A stretch of DNA of 64,000 bases, from contig MU053472.1 in assembly GCA_013239625.1 (NCBI GenBank), positions 3,135,822-3,199,821 of the forward strand. Reading direction: 5' to 3'. The position numbers were made by a program, and so were the translations under genes. The DNA comes from Lama guanicoe. Taxonomy: Eukaryota. Positions 50,690 to 62,975 of this stretch are shown here, one piece after another. The stretch's first letter is position 1. Every line of letters starts with the position of its first letter. The notes beneath the pieces were generated by a model. That model saw only the letters and a program-made list of their open reading frames with translations, searched no databases and was not told where the DNA came from.

Positions 50690-52006
50690 CTAGAAAAGAA
50701 AAGCAGAATAGATTTAGGTAATCCTTAGCTCTAAGGAAGGACTCAAATTAGTCCTTAGTTCTAATTTAGTTAATTTGGAGTTCTCGAGTAGTAACAGCTG
50801 CTGTGGAGGCAGTTCTGTCTTAACTACTGGATCTCCTTTCTACTCCTTACTGCCCTTAGAGCCCCAGGAGACCCACATTCATTGAAGCAGCTCAGTGGAG
50901 AAGAGGCTCCCTCGCTTCCCCTGCTGGTGCCACAGTGAGAGTGGGAAAGAACTGGGAAGTCTGTGTTCCCAACTTCCCCGGTTAAAATAAGGCAGTGAAC
51001 TTGGGTCAAGTCCATCATATCACAGTCCATTTACAAAATAAATTAGTCTTTTGTGAGCTTAGAAACCTAATGTCTGTTAATTACACTATCTTATATAGAG
51101 GGGAAAAAAGCATTTTTCTTTCTAGTTCCAAATAACTAACTTAAAAGTGAACTTTTAGAATACACATCACTTGAGCAAGAAGGGAACTTACTGTGCTGGA
51201 AAGTTATACATATTATTTCTATTCTGTTTATGTCTATTAGAATGATTCAATAACAAAAACTAAAAGTCATGCATTTAACACCAGTTAGAAATGCATCCTT
51301 AAAAACTAGAAATTAAATCAGGAGTAAAGCAAAAAGGAATAAATCCCGTGGCAGAGAAAAGATAAAACTAGTTTTCCAACTCTATGAAAGCGGAGGTAAA
51401 TAATAAAAGGTTGTATTTTATAACTATTATTTAAGCACTCAAGGTTCCATTTTAAAGCAAAGTATAGCACAGTAACTTTGTGGGTTTTACCTAAAATTAA
51501 ACTCAACATGTCTTAGAACTTAAGGCATTTTCTTTAAAGTAGATGCCCACCCCACAGGTAGTGCCTCCTTTCCGCTATTAAGTCTCAGTGCAGATTTTTC
51601 TGAGAAATGTGCCATTAGTCAATATGTACTCTTACATATATTTGCATGCTGTGCACACTTCTTTTCACCATGGTGTTGACTGCAGCCTAGTGGAAACATG
51701 AGCAAGCAGAAGGGAATGGGGACATATCCTGGCTTTCACTAACCCCAGGTAAACCGCTTAGCTTCTGTGGGTGGTGCTCAGTTTTCTCCTGAGCTTGATG
51801 AGATTCTCTCTCTCGATTCCTCCTAAGGTTTGTGGCTAGTAATTAAGCTAGTTCTAAATGATTCCTACACATCCATTTGGATAGTAGGTATTCAACTTGT
51901 CCTTGTTGCAAATTACACGTAGAAAGTTTGCTTTAAATTATACGCATAGTACTTAATAGGTAGAGCTAAAACAGTAACTTGTACATGAAGAAACTAAAAT
52001 TCTTAC

Positions 52007-52066
52007 ATATCAGAAAGCCAGATGAGAAACCTTTGACTTCTGGACATGGTGTGCGGTTCTTTTAAC
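52007..52066 (-). CDS. GDPD1: GDPD1 coding exon, probably exon 8; 60 bp
   Basis: cctCAG|G+LKEPHTMSRSQRFLIWLSD+AT|GTAAGA; phase 2-2. Confidence 0.95.
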
Positions 52067-54343
52067 CTGAGGCAAAATAAAATTTAAATCATTAGTGTAA
52101 TACAATAAAGCAAGTTCAAAAACAAAAACAGTGCCTTGCTTGCACTTCGTATGAGGTCAAAAAAATATTTGGAAAAGGACAAAAACAAATTAAAACAAAG
52201 CCCATTTGGATTCTCTAATTTCACTGATTTCAAGCTAACTTTTTAGCTACCACTATTCAAAGGCTAAAATTAAAAAGTTATCTTTCCAGAAAAAAAAAAT
52301 TATCTTTCCAGAGACCTTGGGTGCCCAGAACTCATGTCTCATCTCGTTTTTGGTGAAGCCTCTTTCTCTTGCTTTGCCTGTTGTAATTTTGTATACAGCA
52401 GATTTAAACATACAACCACACTTTACTATGAATTGAAAGATAGTTGGGGTGAAAATGAGACTAAAATACCTAAAGCCATTTTTTTTCCCCTTTCCCTTTC
52501 AGTATTTGAAAACCCAGACTGTCCTTTTGAGTTATCTTTCCTACTGAAAGAGAGCATACTTGACTTTTAGACCTTTGCTGAGCTCCTTCTTCAATCTCTT
52601 TGATGCCTAGAGCAGCACTGTGTCATTAATTTTGGGTTTTTCCCAGAGGAAATCTCTGAGAAGTCAATCTCCCTACTATGAAGATTCCTCAGCTTCTTTC
52701 TAAGTTTAACAGAACACAATGACTTTCATTCTCCCCAAATCTTCATTCTTATTTCCTTTCTAACTCCTCTTATTTACACACTTAAGGTAACTCTGAGTCT
52801 CCACACTTAAACTCATTTTTCCTCTGAATTCAGTTTTTTACTTGAAGCTCTCTAAATAAACTCCTTTTCCTCCCAACTTTAGCCCAGGTAGAAAGTCCTG
52901 ATTGCAATTTCAGGAATCTCAGGGATATAATATCTCAAAATACTAATTACCTCAATAAACACAAGGTATTATGTTGTCTTAAGAAGTATCTATTGTCTTT
53001 CATTAAAAAATTAAAACATACAAACACATAATATTTTATCTGGCTTAATCCACCATCACTTTTTTTAGATAAAAAATAAATTCTATGAAGTTTGTCTACA
53101 TGTCTGTATTTTAATAATATTTGCTTCTAAAAGGAACACATGGAGATGATCTAGTCCATTCCAGGCCAGAGTACTTAGCTTATTAAGTACTTTAGGAATA
53201 AATGGTTAGGAATTATTCAAATCTAGCAAATGAAAATGATTTATTTGTAGACAAGAAGTGATTTCTGCTGTTTTGTCTGGGAAACAGTTACAAAGACTGC
53301 TAATAAATATAATTGCGAATAAGATAAGACAAACATGCTCATCACTAAGAAACTCAGATTGGAAGACAAGCATGAAACAAAGTTGCTGAGTACAAGCATA
53401 TGGACCAAACTGTTTCTCTTAACAATATTTTCTAATGACTGTTGCACTAATGTTCGGTTTGATTTTTTACAGTTCTGTGGGTATGAAAAAAGTTTTCATG
53501 CAGGTGAAGTCACATTTAAATGATCTCCCCACAAGCTTTGAATCCTTTTGTTATGACTCAGTTATTATTAGAAATTTACAATTAGAAAGGACATTCGAAG
53601 GGTGCAGCTTTGGGAGATGAAGTTCTTTCTCTAATAATAATGATAAAAATAAATAGTACAGAAGGGTATGAAATGAAAAAAAAAGATAATTTAACAATAA
53701 AAGCTATCATTTACTGAGTGCTTATTATTTGCCAGGCAATTCTAAGTGTTTTATATGTTTTTATCTTTTTAGCATATTAGTGTTGGAAAAGCAAGGCTCT
53801 GTACCCAGGTAGAGAAATTACATAAATATGGAAGTATCTTACATAAACTAACTCTATCCTTTTCCTTCTATCTCCAGAGGGTTTTAGGGGTGGTTGTTCT
53901 GGTGGTGGTGGTGGTGGTTTTTCTTCCTGACTGTATTGATACTAGTAGTGAATTTGGAGTTTAATGGAATTTCAGCTGGGTATAGTTGTCAATGAAGTAG
54001 AAAGAAGTAAGGGAAGTTGGAGGGAAATTGCTATTAGATGTTAGAGTGATAGAATTATTAAGTTTCAATAATTAAGCTCAATTCTCTTTACCTGACTTCT
54101 GAGCACATGGGCATCAAAGTCATTGTGACCTGAAACTGGTCCAGATTAAATACTTACAATCTTTTATTATTCATTTTAAAGAATGTATCTTAATTTTATT
54201 AAAAGCATTGTTAATATAGGTTAGCTAATCAAATATGGAAACAAGTACAATAATCTATTCTTCATCACTGATATTGAAATTAATCAGCCTTCATCTTAGT
54301 TCTCCTGTAATTAATAATCGATGAAAACAGGGTAACTACTTAC

Positions 54344-54477
54344 TTCAAAATGATAGAAGGCATTGGGATTTCAAAAAACTGTTCTCGAATGGGCACAAAG
54401 GGCAAGAGGCCAGTGAAGAACAGACCAAGAATGAGCAGAACACGTTGTAAACTGAAGAGTATAGGAATATCTGAGTT
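54344..54477 (-). CDS. GDPD1: GDPD1 coding exon, probably exon 7; 134 bp, includes a hydrophobic membrane-associated segment
   Basis: tAG|NSDIPILFSLQRVLLILGLFFTGLLPFVPIREQFFEIPMPSIIL+AA|GTAAGT; phase 0-2. Confidence 0.96.
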
Positions 54478-55039
54478 CTAAAAGACAGAAATGATATTAT
54501 ATGTTACTTTATAACTATTCAGATAAAGAGGATTATTTCACAAACTTCAAAATTTCCCAAGACTGTATCTTGACATCTGTTAAAAGCACTTCCTGAATTA
54601 TCAACATCCATTTCCACACACACTACACTTAGAAATGACTAGCCCTTGACCAGTGGGTCAGGGTCTATCTTGGAGCCCTATAGTGTTAACTGATGACACC
54701 CAAGTTTCTTTATGCCCTAATCTGTTCTTCTGCAACACCTCTTTAGTCTGCAGGTGCTAGTCCTTATCACCCAATAAATACACCAAATTTAATGGAACAA
54801 GATAAAGAAACTAAGATATGAAATATTCGATAACATTATATATATTCAGTAACTATGAAGAGTTACATGTTTTTAAATAGAATATGATATAGACATTAAT
54901 ATCTATAGATACATATTAACACTGTCACAAATATGTCATCTTTCCACTACACATACATATTTTCAAATATAAATAGGATTTTGTAAACTAGTCCAAGAAT
55001 CTAACCACCATTTTAAGTTTCTATTAGAAAATGTATTCA

Positions 55040-55192
55040 GGGGAAAGAGGATAGCTCAGTGGTAGAGCACGTGCTTAGCATGCACAAGGTCCTAGGTTCA
55101 TCCCCAGTATCTCCATTAAAAATAAATAAATCTAATTGCCTCCCCTCTCCAAAAAAAAAAAAATATATATATATATACACATATATATATAA
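55040..55192 (+). mobile_element. Vic-1-like SINE in a GDPD1 intron; tail decayed to (TA)n
   Basis: atagctcagtggtagagcacgtgcttagcatgcacaaggtcctaggttca. Confidence 0.92.
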
Positions 55193-55777
55193 AGTAAATA
55201 TCTTCATCAAGGTCCCCAAACCCTTAGAATGTAAACTTCATACGTATATGAACTGTTTTCATCTTGCAAAACTGAAACTCTATACCCATTAAACAGCTCC
55301 CCATACTGCCCACCCCAGCTCCTCCTATATTTGTCTTTAAAACAAATAAAAATTGTGATAAATTTGAATTTTTCTGTGCAACAGTAATAAATTGAAAAAT
55401 TATGCAAAAACATGATTTATTTAAATATTAGGTCTAAATCATTCCTGTATTCAAAGTAAATCTGAGGATTTCTTTTGCTCCTGTGTTCACATGCTGCTTT
55501 GTAATATTTTCAGCTTACAGATGTTTTAGCTGCAACACAACACAGAAGTCCCTGAAAAAACTTCGATTTCTGCAAATTCATACACTAACAGAGCCCATGG
55601 GAGGAAATAGGCCTAGGGGTTGACCCTCAAAATTTATGCAACTTTGGAATCAGAGAACTAAAAATAGTAACTGGTACTTCTGGAGAGCCATGCAAGGCTG
55701 CTTGCTGGTGGGAGAGGGCTGGGAGCAGTATGCTGGTGTACCACTGGCATAACAACTGGCAGCCCCCATATCTTTTA

Positions 55778-56542
55778 TTTTCTAAATTTATTTATTTATT
55801 TATGCATTTATTTTATAATATCATATTTTTAAATTGAAATATAAGTTCATGTAAAATATTACATGTTACAGGTATACAATGTAATAATTCACAATTTTTA
55901 ACGGTTATACTCCACTTATCGTTATTATAATATATTGACTTTATTTCCCATGTTGTACATTACATCCCTGTAGCTTATTTTATACTTGATAGCTTGTATC
56001 TCTTAATCCTCCACCTCCATCTTGCCCCTCCCCTACCCTCTCCCACTGGTAACCACTAAGTTCCTTCTCTACATCTGTGAGTCTGTTTCTTTTCTGTTAT
56101 ATTCACTAGTTTGTTGTATTTTTTTAGATCCCACATATAAGTGATACCTTACAGTATCTGTCTTTCTCTGTCTGATTTATTTCACTTAGCACAATGCCCT
56201 CCAAGTCCATCCATGCTGTACACCAGAAACTAATACAACATTTTAAATAAACTGAACTTCAATTAAAAAGGAAACAACCAACCAACCCATTTAAAATATG
56301 GGCAGAAGAATTGAATAGACGCTTTTCCAAAAGAGGAAATGCAGATGGCAAGAGGAATGTGTATCACTAATATCAGGGAAATGCAAATCAAAATCACAAT
56401 GAGACATCATCTCACACCTGTCAGAATGGCCGTCATCAAAAAGAACACAAATAACAAATGTTGGCAAGGATGTGGAGAAAAGGGAACCCTTGTACACTGT
56501 TGATGGCAATGCAAATTGGTGCAGCCACTATGGAAAACAATA
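55778..56542 (-). mobile_element. 5'-inverted (twin-primed) L1 insertion
   Basis: Antisense 3' UTR to ~56218, sense ORF2-end segment ~56270-56539, 15-bp TSD with 1 mismatch. Confidence 0.8.
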
Positions 56543-57007
56543 CCCACATATCTTTTAAATTAGAATATCCAGGATGGGACCCAGGCACTAGTATTCTTTG
56601 AAATTATTCAGGTAATTCCAACATGCAGTCAAGGTTAAGAACCACTGCATTAAGTATGAGTGAATAAAAAGTCACTAAATGTGAGAAAGTGCCACATGTT
56701 TTCCCATCACTTCTGTGTCCCCTGCGGTCCTTTATTTTTATATTTTAAGTCTCTAGCATCTGGGAATTAAAGGGCTAATGTGAAGCTATTATAAATCATA
56801 CTTTGAGAATTGTAAAAGCTGTATGACAATTACACAGCATGTTCTTAATATGAGTGACAATTATTATTGAGACATTCTTAGCATGGTGTTTGAAAATTCC
56901 TGCTGAAAATTTTGGAGTTTTTAAATTCTAAAATGATAGAAAGCCAGAGGCTTCTAGAAAAATATGTGAATCAAGGGGAAACTTCTGTGATTCTGGGCCA
57001 AAAGTGA

Positions 57008-57840
57008 ACTTTTTATTTTGAAATAATTATAGATTCACAGGAGGTTGTAAAAATAGAGTCCTGTACACCCTTAACCAGCTGCCCCAAATGGTGACATGTG
57101 ATGGAACCAGACGTATCAAACCAGAAACTGACACTGTATTACTGTTAATTAGACTGTAGACCTTACTCAGTTTTCACCATTTTTAAAACCTGCATCTATC
57201 TGTGCATGTGTAGAGTTCAGTGCAATTCTAACCCATGTATAGATTTGTGTAAAGGCTACAGAACTGTCCATCACCAAACCAAAACGCCCTCCTGCTATCT
57301 CTTTTGTATTTGCATCCACTCTCTATCCCACACCCAGTCCCTGTCACCTGGAAGCCAGTAATCTGCTCTTCATGTCTATAGTTATGAGGATGTTATATAC
57401 ATGGAATCATATAGCCATTTGAGGTTAATTCTTTTCACTAAGCAAAATGTCTTCAAGGACCATCAGGCTATTGCAGTTATCAACAGTTGATTCCCTTTTA
57501 TCGCGGAACAGTATTGCATCGTATGGATGTATCAGTTTGTTCAGCAATGTACCACTGGAGGGCATCTGGGTCACTTCCAGTATTCTGGTATTATGAATAA
57601 AGCTGCTATAAACATTCAGGTACAGGTTTTTCTGTACATAGTTTTCATTTTTCTTAAATAAACGCCCAAAAGGAAGACCGCTGGTTAACATGGTAAGTGT
57701 ATGTTCAATTTCGTAGGGAACTATCCAACTAATTGAGAGAGTGGCTGCACTATTCTCCATTCCCACCAGCAATGTGGGAGAGATCCAGTTCCTCTTCATC
57801 TTCCGTAGTATTTGCTATTATCATTATTTTTTTAATTTGG
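57008..57840 (-). mobile_element. Old L1 (L1MB/MC-like) 3' end
   Basis: ttttattttgaaataattatagattcacaggaggttgtaaaaatag...ttatgaataaagctgctataaacattc. Confidence 0.8.
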
Positions 57841-58080
57841 GGAAAAAAAACTGAATGATGTAAAAAGATCAGCAGGTTGTGAAGCTTCCAATATATGATC
57901 TCCCTTTTAATGGCGTGTGAAAATAGTATCAATTAGTTATGGAAGTCTTAAATTCTTGGGGTTCTGAAGCCACTCAGTCCATTGATTATTCTGCTCTCTC
58001 CTTTTGTACACAGATACCTCGGGATCTCACAGAGCCTGTTGCACATAAATAAAACTTACTTGCCTTAATAAGGACCTCAT

Positions 58081-58231
58081 TATTTTTTTTTTAAATGTAT
58101 TTATTTTTCTTAGGGGAGGGAGGTAATTAGGTTTATCTCTTTACTTAGTTTTAGAGGAGGTACTGGGGATTGAACCTAGGACCTTGTACACACTAAGCAT
58201 GCACTCTACCACTTGAGCTATACCCTCCCCC
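58081..58231 (-). mobile_element. Vic-1-like SINE in a GDPD1 intron
   Basis: Reverse-complement head; TSD aggacctcat at 58071-58080 and 58232-58241. Confidence 0.93.
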
Positions 58232-59070
58232 AGGACCTCATCACTTTTAATTGTACTCTTAATTGTAACGGTGCTGATCTTGGATCTGTTTTAGCCTTCT
58301 TTTCTAGGAAGGAAGCCCTTCCCAAAAGAATTCTTTATATTTTAGAGTTGCTACTTGAGTCACGATATTCCTTCTGCACTATCACTTGTATTCTGAAAGA
58401 GTCTTCATTGTTTCAGATTTTTTAAAACTCTGAATTTCAAATACTCTTAGCTGACTACATAGTTAAGTCTGTTTATAGAGGTTGAGCATACCATTTTAGA
58501 ATATATCAAATTAATTTTTTATAGATACATTTTCTTCAAACAGAAAAATTTCAGTGAGTGGATGGCCCTACTTTTATATACTACCTCATAATCACGATTC
58601 TACTTAATTTGATTAATTCTGTTTGGGAGTTATGGTAAAGAAAAACTTGAGCTATAGAGTCGAAGGACTAGATACTTTCCTTAATTCGAAATTACACACA
58701 AAAATTTTTGATTACCCAACATAAAACAGACATTAAAAGAAAGAAATCATACTTTCTTTTACAATATACATAATAAAATGTAATAAAATGTTGGTAAATA
58801 TTATCATGTGGAGATAATAATTCTGTGAGCCAGTCAAATTATATTGAACTTAAATTGCAAGGTCGGTTATCTGTATTAAATCCATTATCTATATATTTAT
58901 TATCTCTAGTAGTAAACTTGTAGTTAGTTGCTTCCATCCAGTACCATCTGACTTTGTATCAAGGCTATGAAATAAGATATTTTAAAAATTACTACTGTAA
59001 TTACTTAACATTTATAGATCTCTACAACAACAACAAAGATAGATCATTCTGTATCATTTTTGAAGCTTAC

Positions 59071-59160
59071 CTCTTTGTAGCACTTTTCTACAATTTCATA
59101 ATTGGCATTACCCCACACTGTTATGTGTTCTCGTCTGTATTCCTTCACCAACTCTGAAAC
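59071..59160 (-). CDS. GDPD1: GDPD1 coding exon, probably exon 6; 90 bp
   Basis: tAG|VSELVKEYRREHITVWGNANYEIVEKCYKE|GTAAGC; phase 0-0, in frame with the flanking exons. Confidence 0.96.
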
Positions 59161-59685
59161 CTACATGTGAAAATTCAAAATTTTATGCATGTGCCTATTT
59201 GTAAATCCATCTACATGACTTCACTTAAAAAATGGATTACAGTTGACTACCTGCCAGTGCATAGTATAAAATTTTGGAAGGACTGATATATTAATTCAGA
59301 TGGTTTTTTAAAAATATAAGAGGAAATTACTTTTTTACCATTATATGGCTTATCTAGTAGAACACAACTGTTTAGTAATTTAACATACACAAAGTACAAA
59401 TGAAACAAGTTAAACTAGAACAAGTTAATCATATAAATGCCAGAACAGTTGGCTCATATGAGCTCACTTTTATCTGTGACTGAGACATGAGAAGTCACTC
59501 TGAAAATAGGCTTTCTGACAGTGATCTCAGCTACCAGGGCGGCATTTAAAACAATACTGATCCCCAAAGTATCACATTTCCTTGAACATTATCAGTCTAT
59601 GCAGACACCTACTCTAGCCTTATTTAGTTTGTGAATACTAAACTAAATCGGGTGCAGCACACAGAGTAGGCAATGCCTTAGGTAC

Positions 59686-59804
59686 CTTCTTAATCAGCAA
59701 ATTGTTGTTGACTTTGATATCGATGTTAATAGGAGTGTTAGGAAAGGCCTCAAAAACTTCCTTCAGTAATGGAATTCGGTTATCTTTTCCTTCACACTGG
59801 CATG
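59686..59804 (-). CDS. GDPD1: GDPD1 (GDE4, lysophospholipase D) internal coding exon, probably exon 5; 119 bp
   Basis: Minus strand reads ttctcAG|CA TGC CAG... giving (A)CQCEGKDNRIPLLKEVFEAFPNTPINIDIKVNNNLLIKK|GTACC. This matches the remembered mammalian GDPD1 protein. Phase 1 to phase 0. Upstream exons were not found in the window. Confidence 0.96.
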
Positions 59805-60378
59805 CTGAGAAAGCAAGATTTTTAAATGTATTTTTAACAGCTAGAACTCTTACTTTTTTGATGATTAGAAGAGTTACAGTATGCAGTCATAATAAGACAT
59901 TTACAAAATGATGAAAAGTATAAAGAAGAAAAGAAAAATCATCTGAAATCCAACAACCTAGATATAACCATTGTGACCATTTGGTGTATTTCCTCTACTC
60001 TTTTTTCCCTATGCATAATTTAATACAGTTATAATATAGTGCACCTTCAGATTTTAAACTGATCTTTTTACATAAGTAAAAATAAATGTTGAATGTTAAT
60101 ATATTAGATTTATAACTATGATTAATATTTTTTTCCATTAAATGTTTTGAGATAACTGTAGATTCACATGCAGTTATAAGAAATAATACAGGGATCCATG
60201 CAGCTTTTACCCAGATTCCCCAACAGTAAACTCTTGCAAAACTGTAGTATAGTATCCTAACCATGATATTGACTTTGAGATGATCTACTGATCTTTTCTA
60301 CAATTATTATTTTAAAAGGCTTTAAAATATTCCACTGAGTAGCTACACAACAATTTATTCTAATTTAACCTTTCCCCT

Positions 60379-60882
60379 TGAAGGGTAGCACAGTTTGCCA
60401 CTCTAAAATATGCTATTTTGGTAAGGATTATTTTGAAGTGAAGATAATTGAGAAGAAGCACATACAAGAAAAGCTCTTTGCCCTTCCCCCAGTTGCCTAA
60501 AAATGAGACTTAAACTGTACAAAAATTAATTGCCAACAACCCTAGACTTTTATCAGCACCAAAGGACTCTACATAACAAACTACAGACTAGCCTTTATCT
60601 TCCGTTACTCCCCCATATATCTACCTTCCCACAATTTGCCAACCTAGACACCCCAAGTCTCTTTCTTTTGTCTTGTCACTGCTCTGAAAATTTCTTGGTT
60701 TTTGTTAAGTTGCTACATAAACTCAAGGTCTAGCCATGCTTTTGTGTTACTCATCCCTGAGTTTCTCCCATGAGACAAACATATTAATAAACTCCTGTTT
60801 TTCTCCTGTTAATCTCTCTTTGTTATAGAGTCCAGCTGAGATCCTAAAAGAGTAGAAGAAAAAAAATTTGTTCCTCCCCTAG
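60379..60882 (+). mobile_element. MER34-like ERV1 solo LTR
   Basis: tgaaggg...gccactctaaaatatgctattttggtaaggattattttgaagtgaag...attaataaactcctg...ttcctccccta. Confidence 0.75.
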
Positions 60883-61399
60883 CTCCTACTGGTGGGCACT
60901 AAGATTGTTTCTAAAGTTTTGCTATGATAGTATCATTGAATTTTTCAAAGACTGAGAAAAATACATTCAGGCAAGGGAAATATATGTTAATTCAGTAATG
61001 TACTGAAGAATTAAATCAGTGCCGTTATTCAAAGAAAACTGAGTCATGAAAAAATTAGAAGAGGATTCTAAATATTCTTTTTATTTCCTGAGGGTTATTT
61101 TCTTTATTCTTCCCTTGGTTCTTTCTGCCTCTAATCATTTATATGATACACTATATATACCATATAACTATTATAAAATTTCCCCTTCCACCTGAAACTT
61201 CACTTCCACTAATGTGTGAATAACAAAATGGCAAAAGATCCTTTATTTCATCCTTATTGTACGGCAAATCAAAACAAAGGAGCATATTAAAAAAGTAAAT
61301 TATATCCATGCCAAAAAAATTTTTATAATAAAGGCTCATGTGAAAAGCAGCATGTGAATGGAGAAAGAAAAAAAGGAAAAATCTGTTACTGTTTTGCGT

Positions 61400-62410
61400 A
61401 TTCTGTATTCTATTCTTATTGCCTTTTTACTAGTCCTTGAAATTCAGATGGGGCTCTGGATCATTCTGAGGGAACCCTCAATCATTGGCTTTGACTCTCT
61501 GGCCACAGAGAAAGCATATGACCTTTTAAACATAACAATATGGACAACAGGAGAGGTTTCCCCAAATCCTCAGCTGAATGGATCACGTACTTTTGATGTT
61601 ATCAGAGGTCCATCTTTATGTGAAGAAAGTGTGCCTAGGAACAAAGCTAACATAGATGAAAGCAAAACCAAAAAAACGGAGCTAAGAGAGAGAGCAATTA
61701 TTGCTTGAGCAACTGGAGTAAGTTATGTCTGAAGGCATATAACCTCTAGGCTTTTTAGTTATGAGAATACATTCTTTTTAATAAACTTTTCTTGAACTAT
61801 CTTGAGATGGATTTCTAGTACTTATAACTGAAAGAGTTTAGATTTATCAAAGACTACAGAATTGAACTATAAAATTAATTATATTAATATATAAAAAGTT
61901 AGCTATTATTTTTACCTACCCAGCATCCTTCTTTCCCTTGGAAAACTGCATCTCCTTCACTCCACATTGTTCTGATTGGGCTGTCAAAAACAGGACCCAC
62001 TCCTCACTTACTCTTATGAATAGGGGTATGACCTCAGTCTGGCCAATCAAATAGTCTGTCTCTGTCCACAGTGAGTATTTCAAGATGGACACATGACCCA
62101 AACTGTGCCAATCATCATCTTTCTCTGGAACTTTTCCTTTCCCTGGGGTGTCAGCACAAGCAGGATGTGAATTTATAGTTGTCAGTGATCATGTTCCTGT
62201 CACATGGACAAACTCTGTCTACAGTAAAAGAGAATAAGACCCCAGAGAAGCAGAACTATGTATGGAATAAAGCAGAGTCCTTTTATTGTACACATGGATC
62301 CAATAATGTTTGATATTAGATCCACCACATCCTAGAGAGTTAATGATAAAATAAATGTCTTTTTTTCCCCCTTAAGCTAACGTAAACTGGTTTCTGTTAC
62401 TTATAACCTA
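61400..62410 (+). mobile_element. Old MLT1-type LTR fragments (two)
   Basis: Termini tttctagtacttataactgaaagag (~61830) and tttctgttacttataacctaaaaag (~62410); internal catgacccaaactgtgccaatca. Confidence 0.55.
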
Positions 62411-62432
62411 AAAAGTTTGAACATGATGTTCT

Positions 62433-62975
62433 AGTTCTGCACAGTCCAATATGGTAGCCACTGGCTGCAAAGGGCTATTGAAATTAAAATGAAATAAAAT
62501 AAAAAATTCAGATAAATAACAAGGTCCTAATGTATTGCACAGGAAACAACATTCAATATCTTGTAATAACCTATTATGAAAAAGAATATATATATATATA
62601 TATATGACTGAATCACTATGCTGTATACCAGAAACTAACACAATGTTGTAAATCAACTACAATTAAAAAAAAAAATTCTACAGGGGAGGGTATAGCTCAA
62701 GTGGTAGAGTGCATGCAAAGCATGCACAAGGTCCTGGGTTCAATTCCCAGTACCTCCTCTACACATAAACAAACAAACAAACAAACAAACAAACCTAATC
62801 ACCACCCCCCCCATAAAACAAAAACAAATTCTAGATAATAAATTCAGTTACTCAGGTGCACTAGCCACATTTCAAGAGCCCAATTGTCACATGTGGCTAT
62901 TGGCGGTTGTATCAGACAGTGCAAAGTAGAATATTTCTATCATTACAAAAAGCTCTATTCAGACAATGGTATTCT
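62433..62975. mobile_element. MER3/MER33-like hAT element hosting an L1 tail and a SINE
   Basis: gcacagtccaatatggtagccactgg...aaattcagttactcaggtgcactagccacatttcaag...agctctattcagaca. Confidence 0.7.
62683..62826 (+). mobile_element. Vic-1-like SINE with (AAAC)n, inserted in the poly-A of a short L1 tail
   Basis: ggggagggtatagctcaagtggtagag...; TSD aaattctaca / aaattctaga. Confidence 0.93.
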
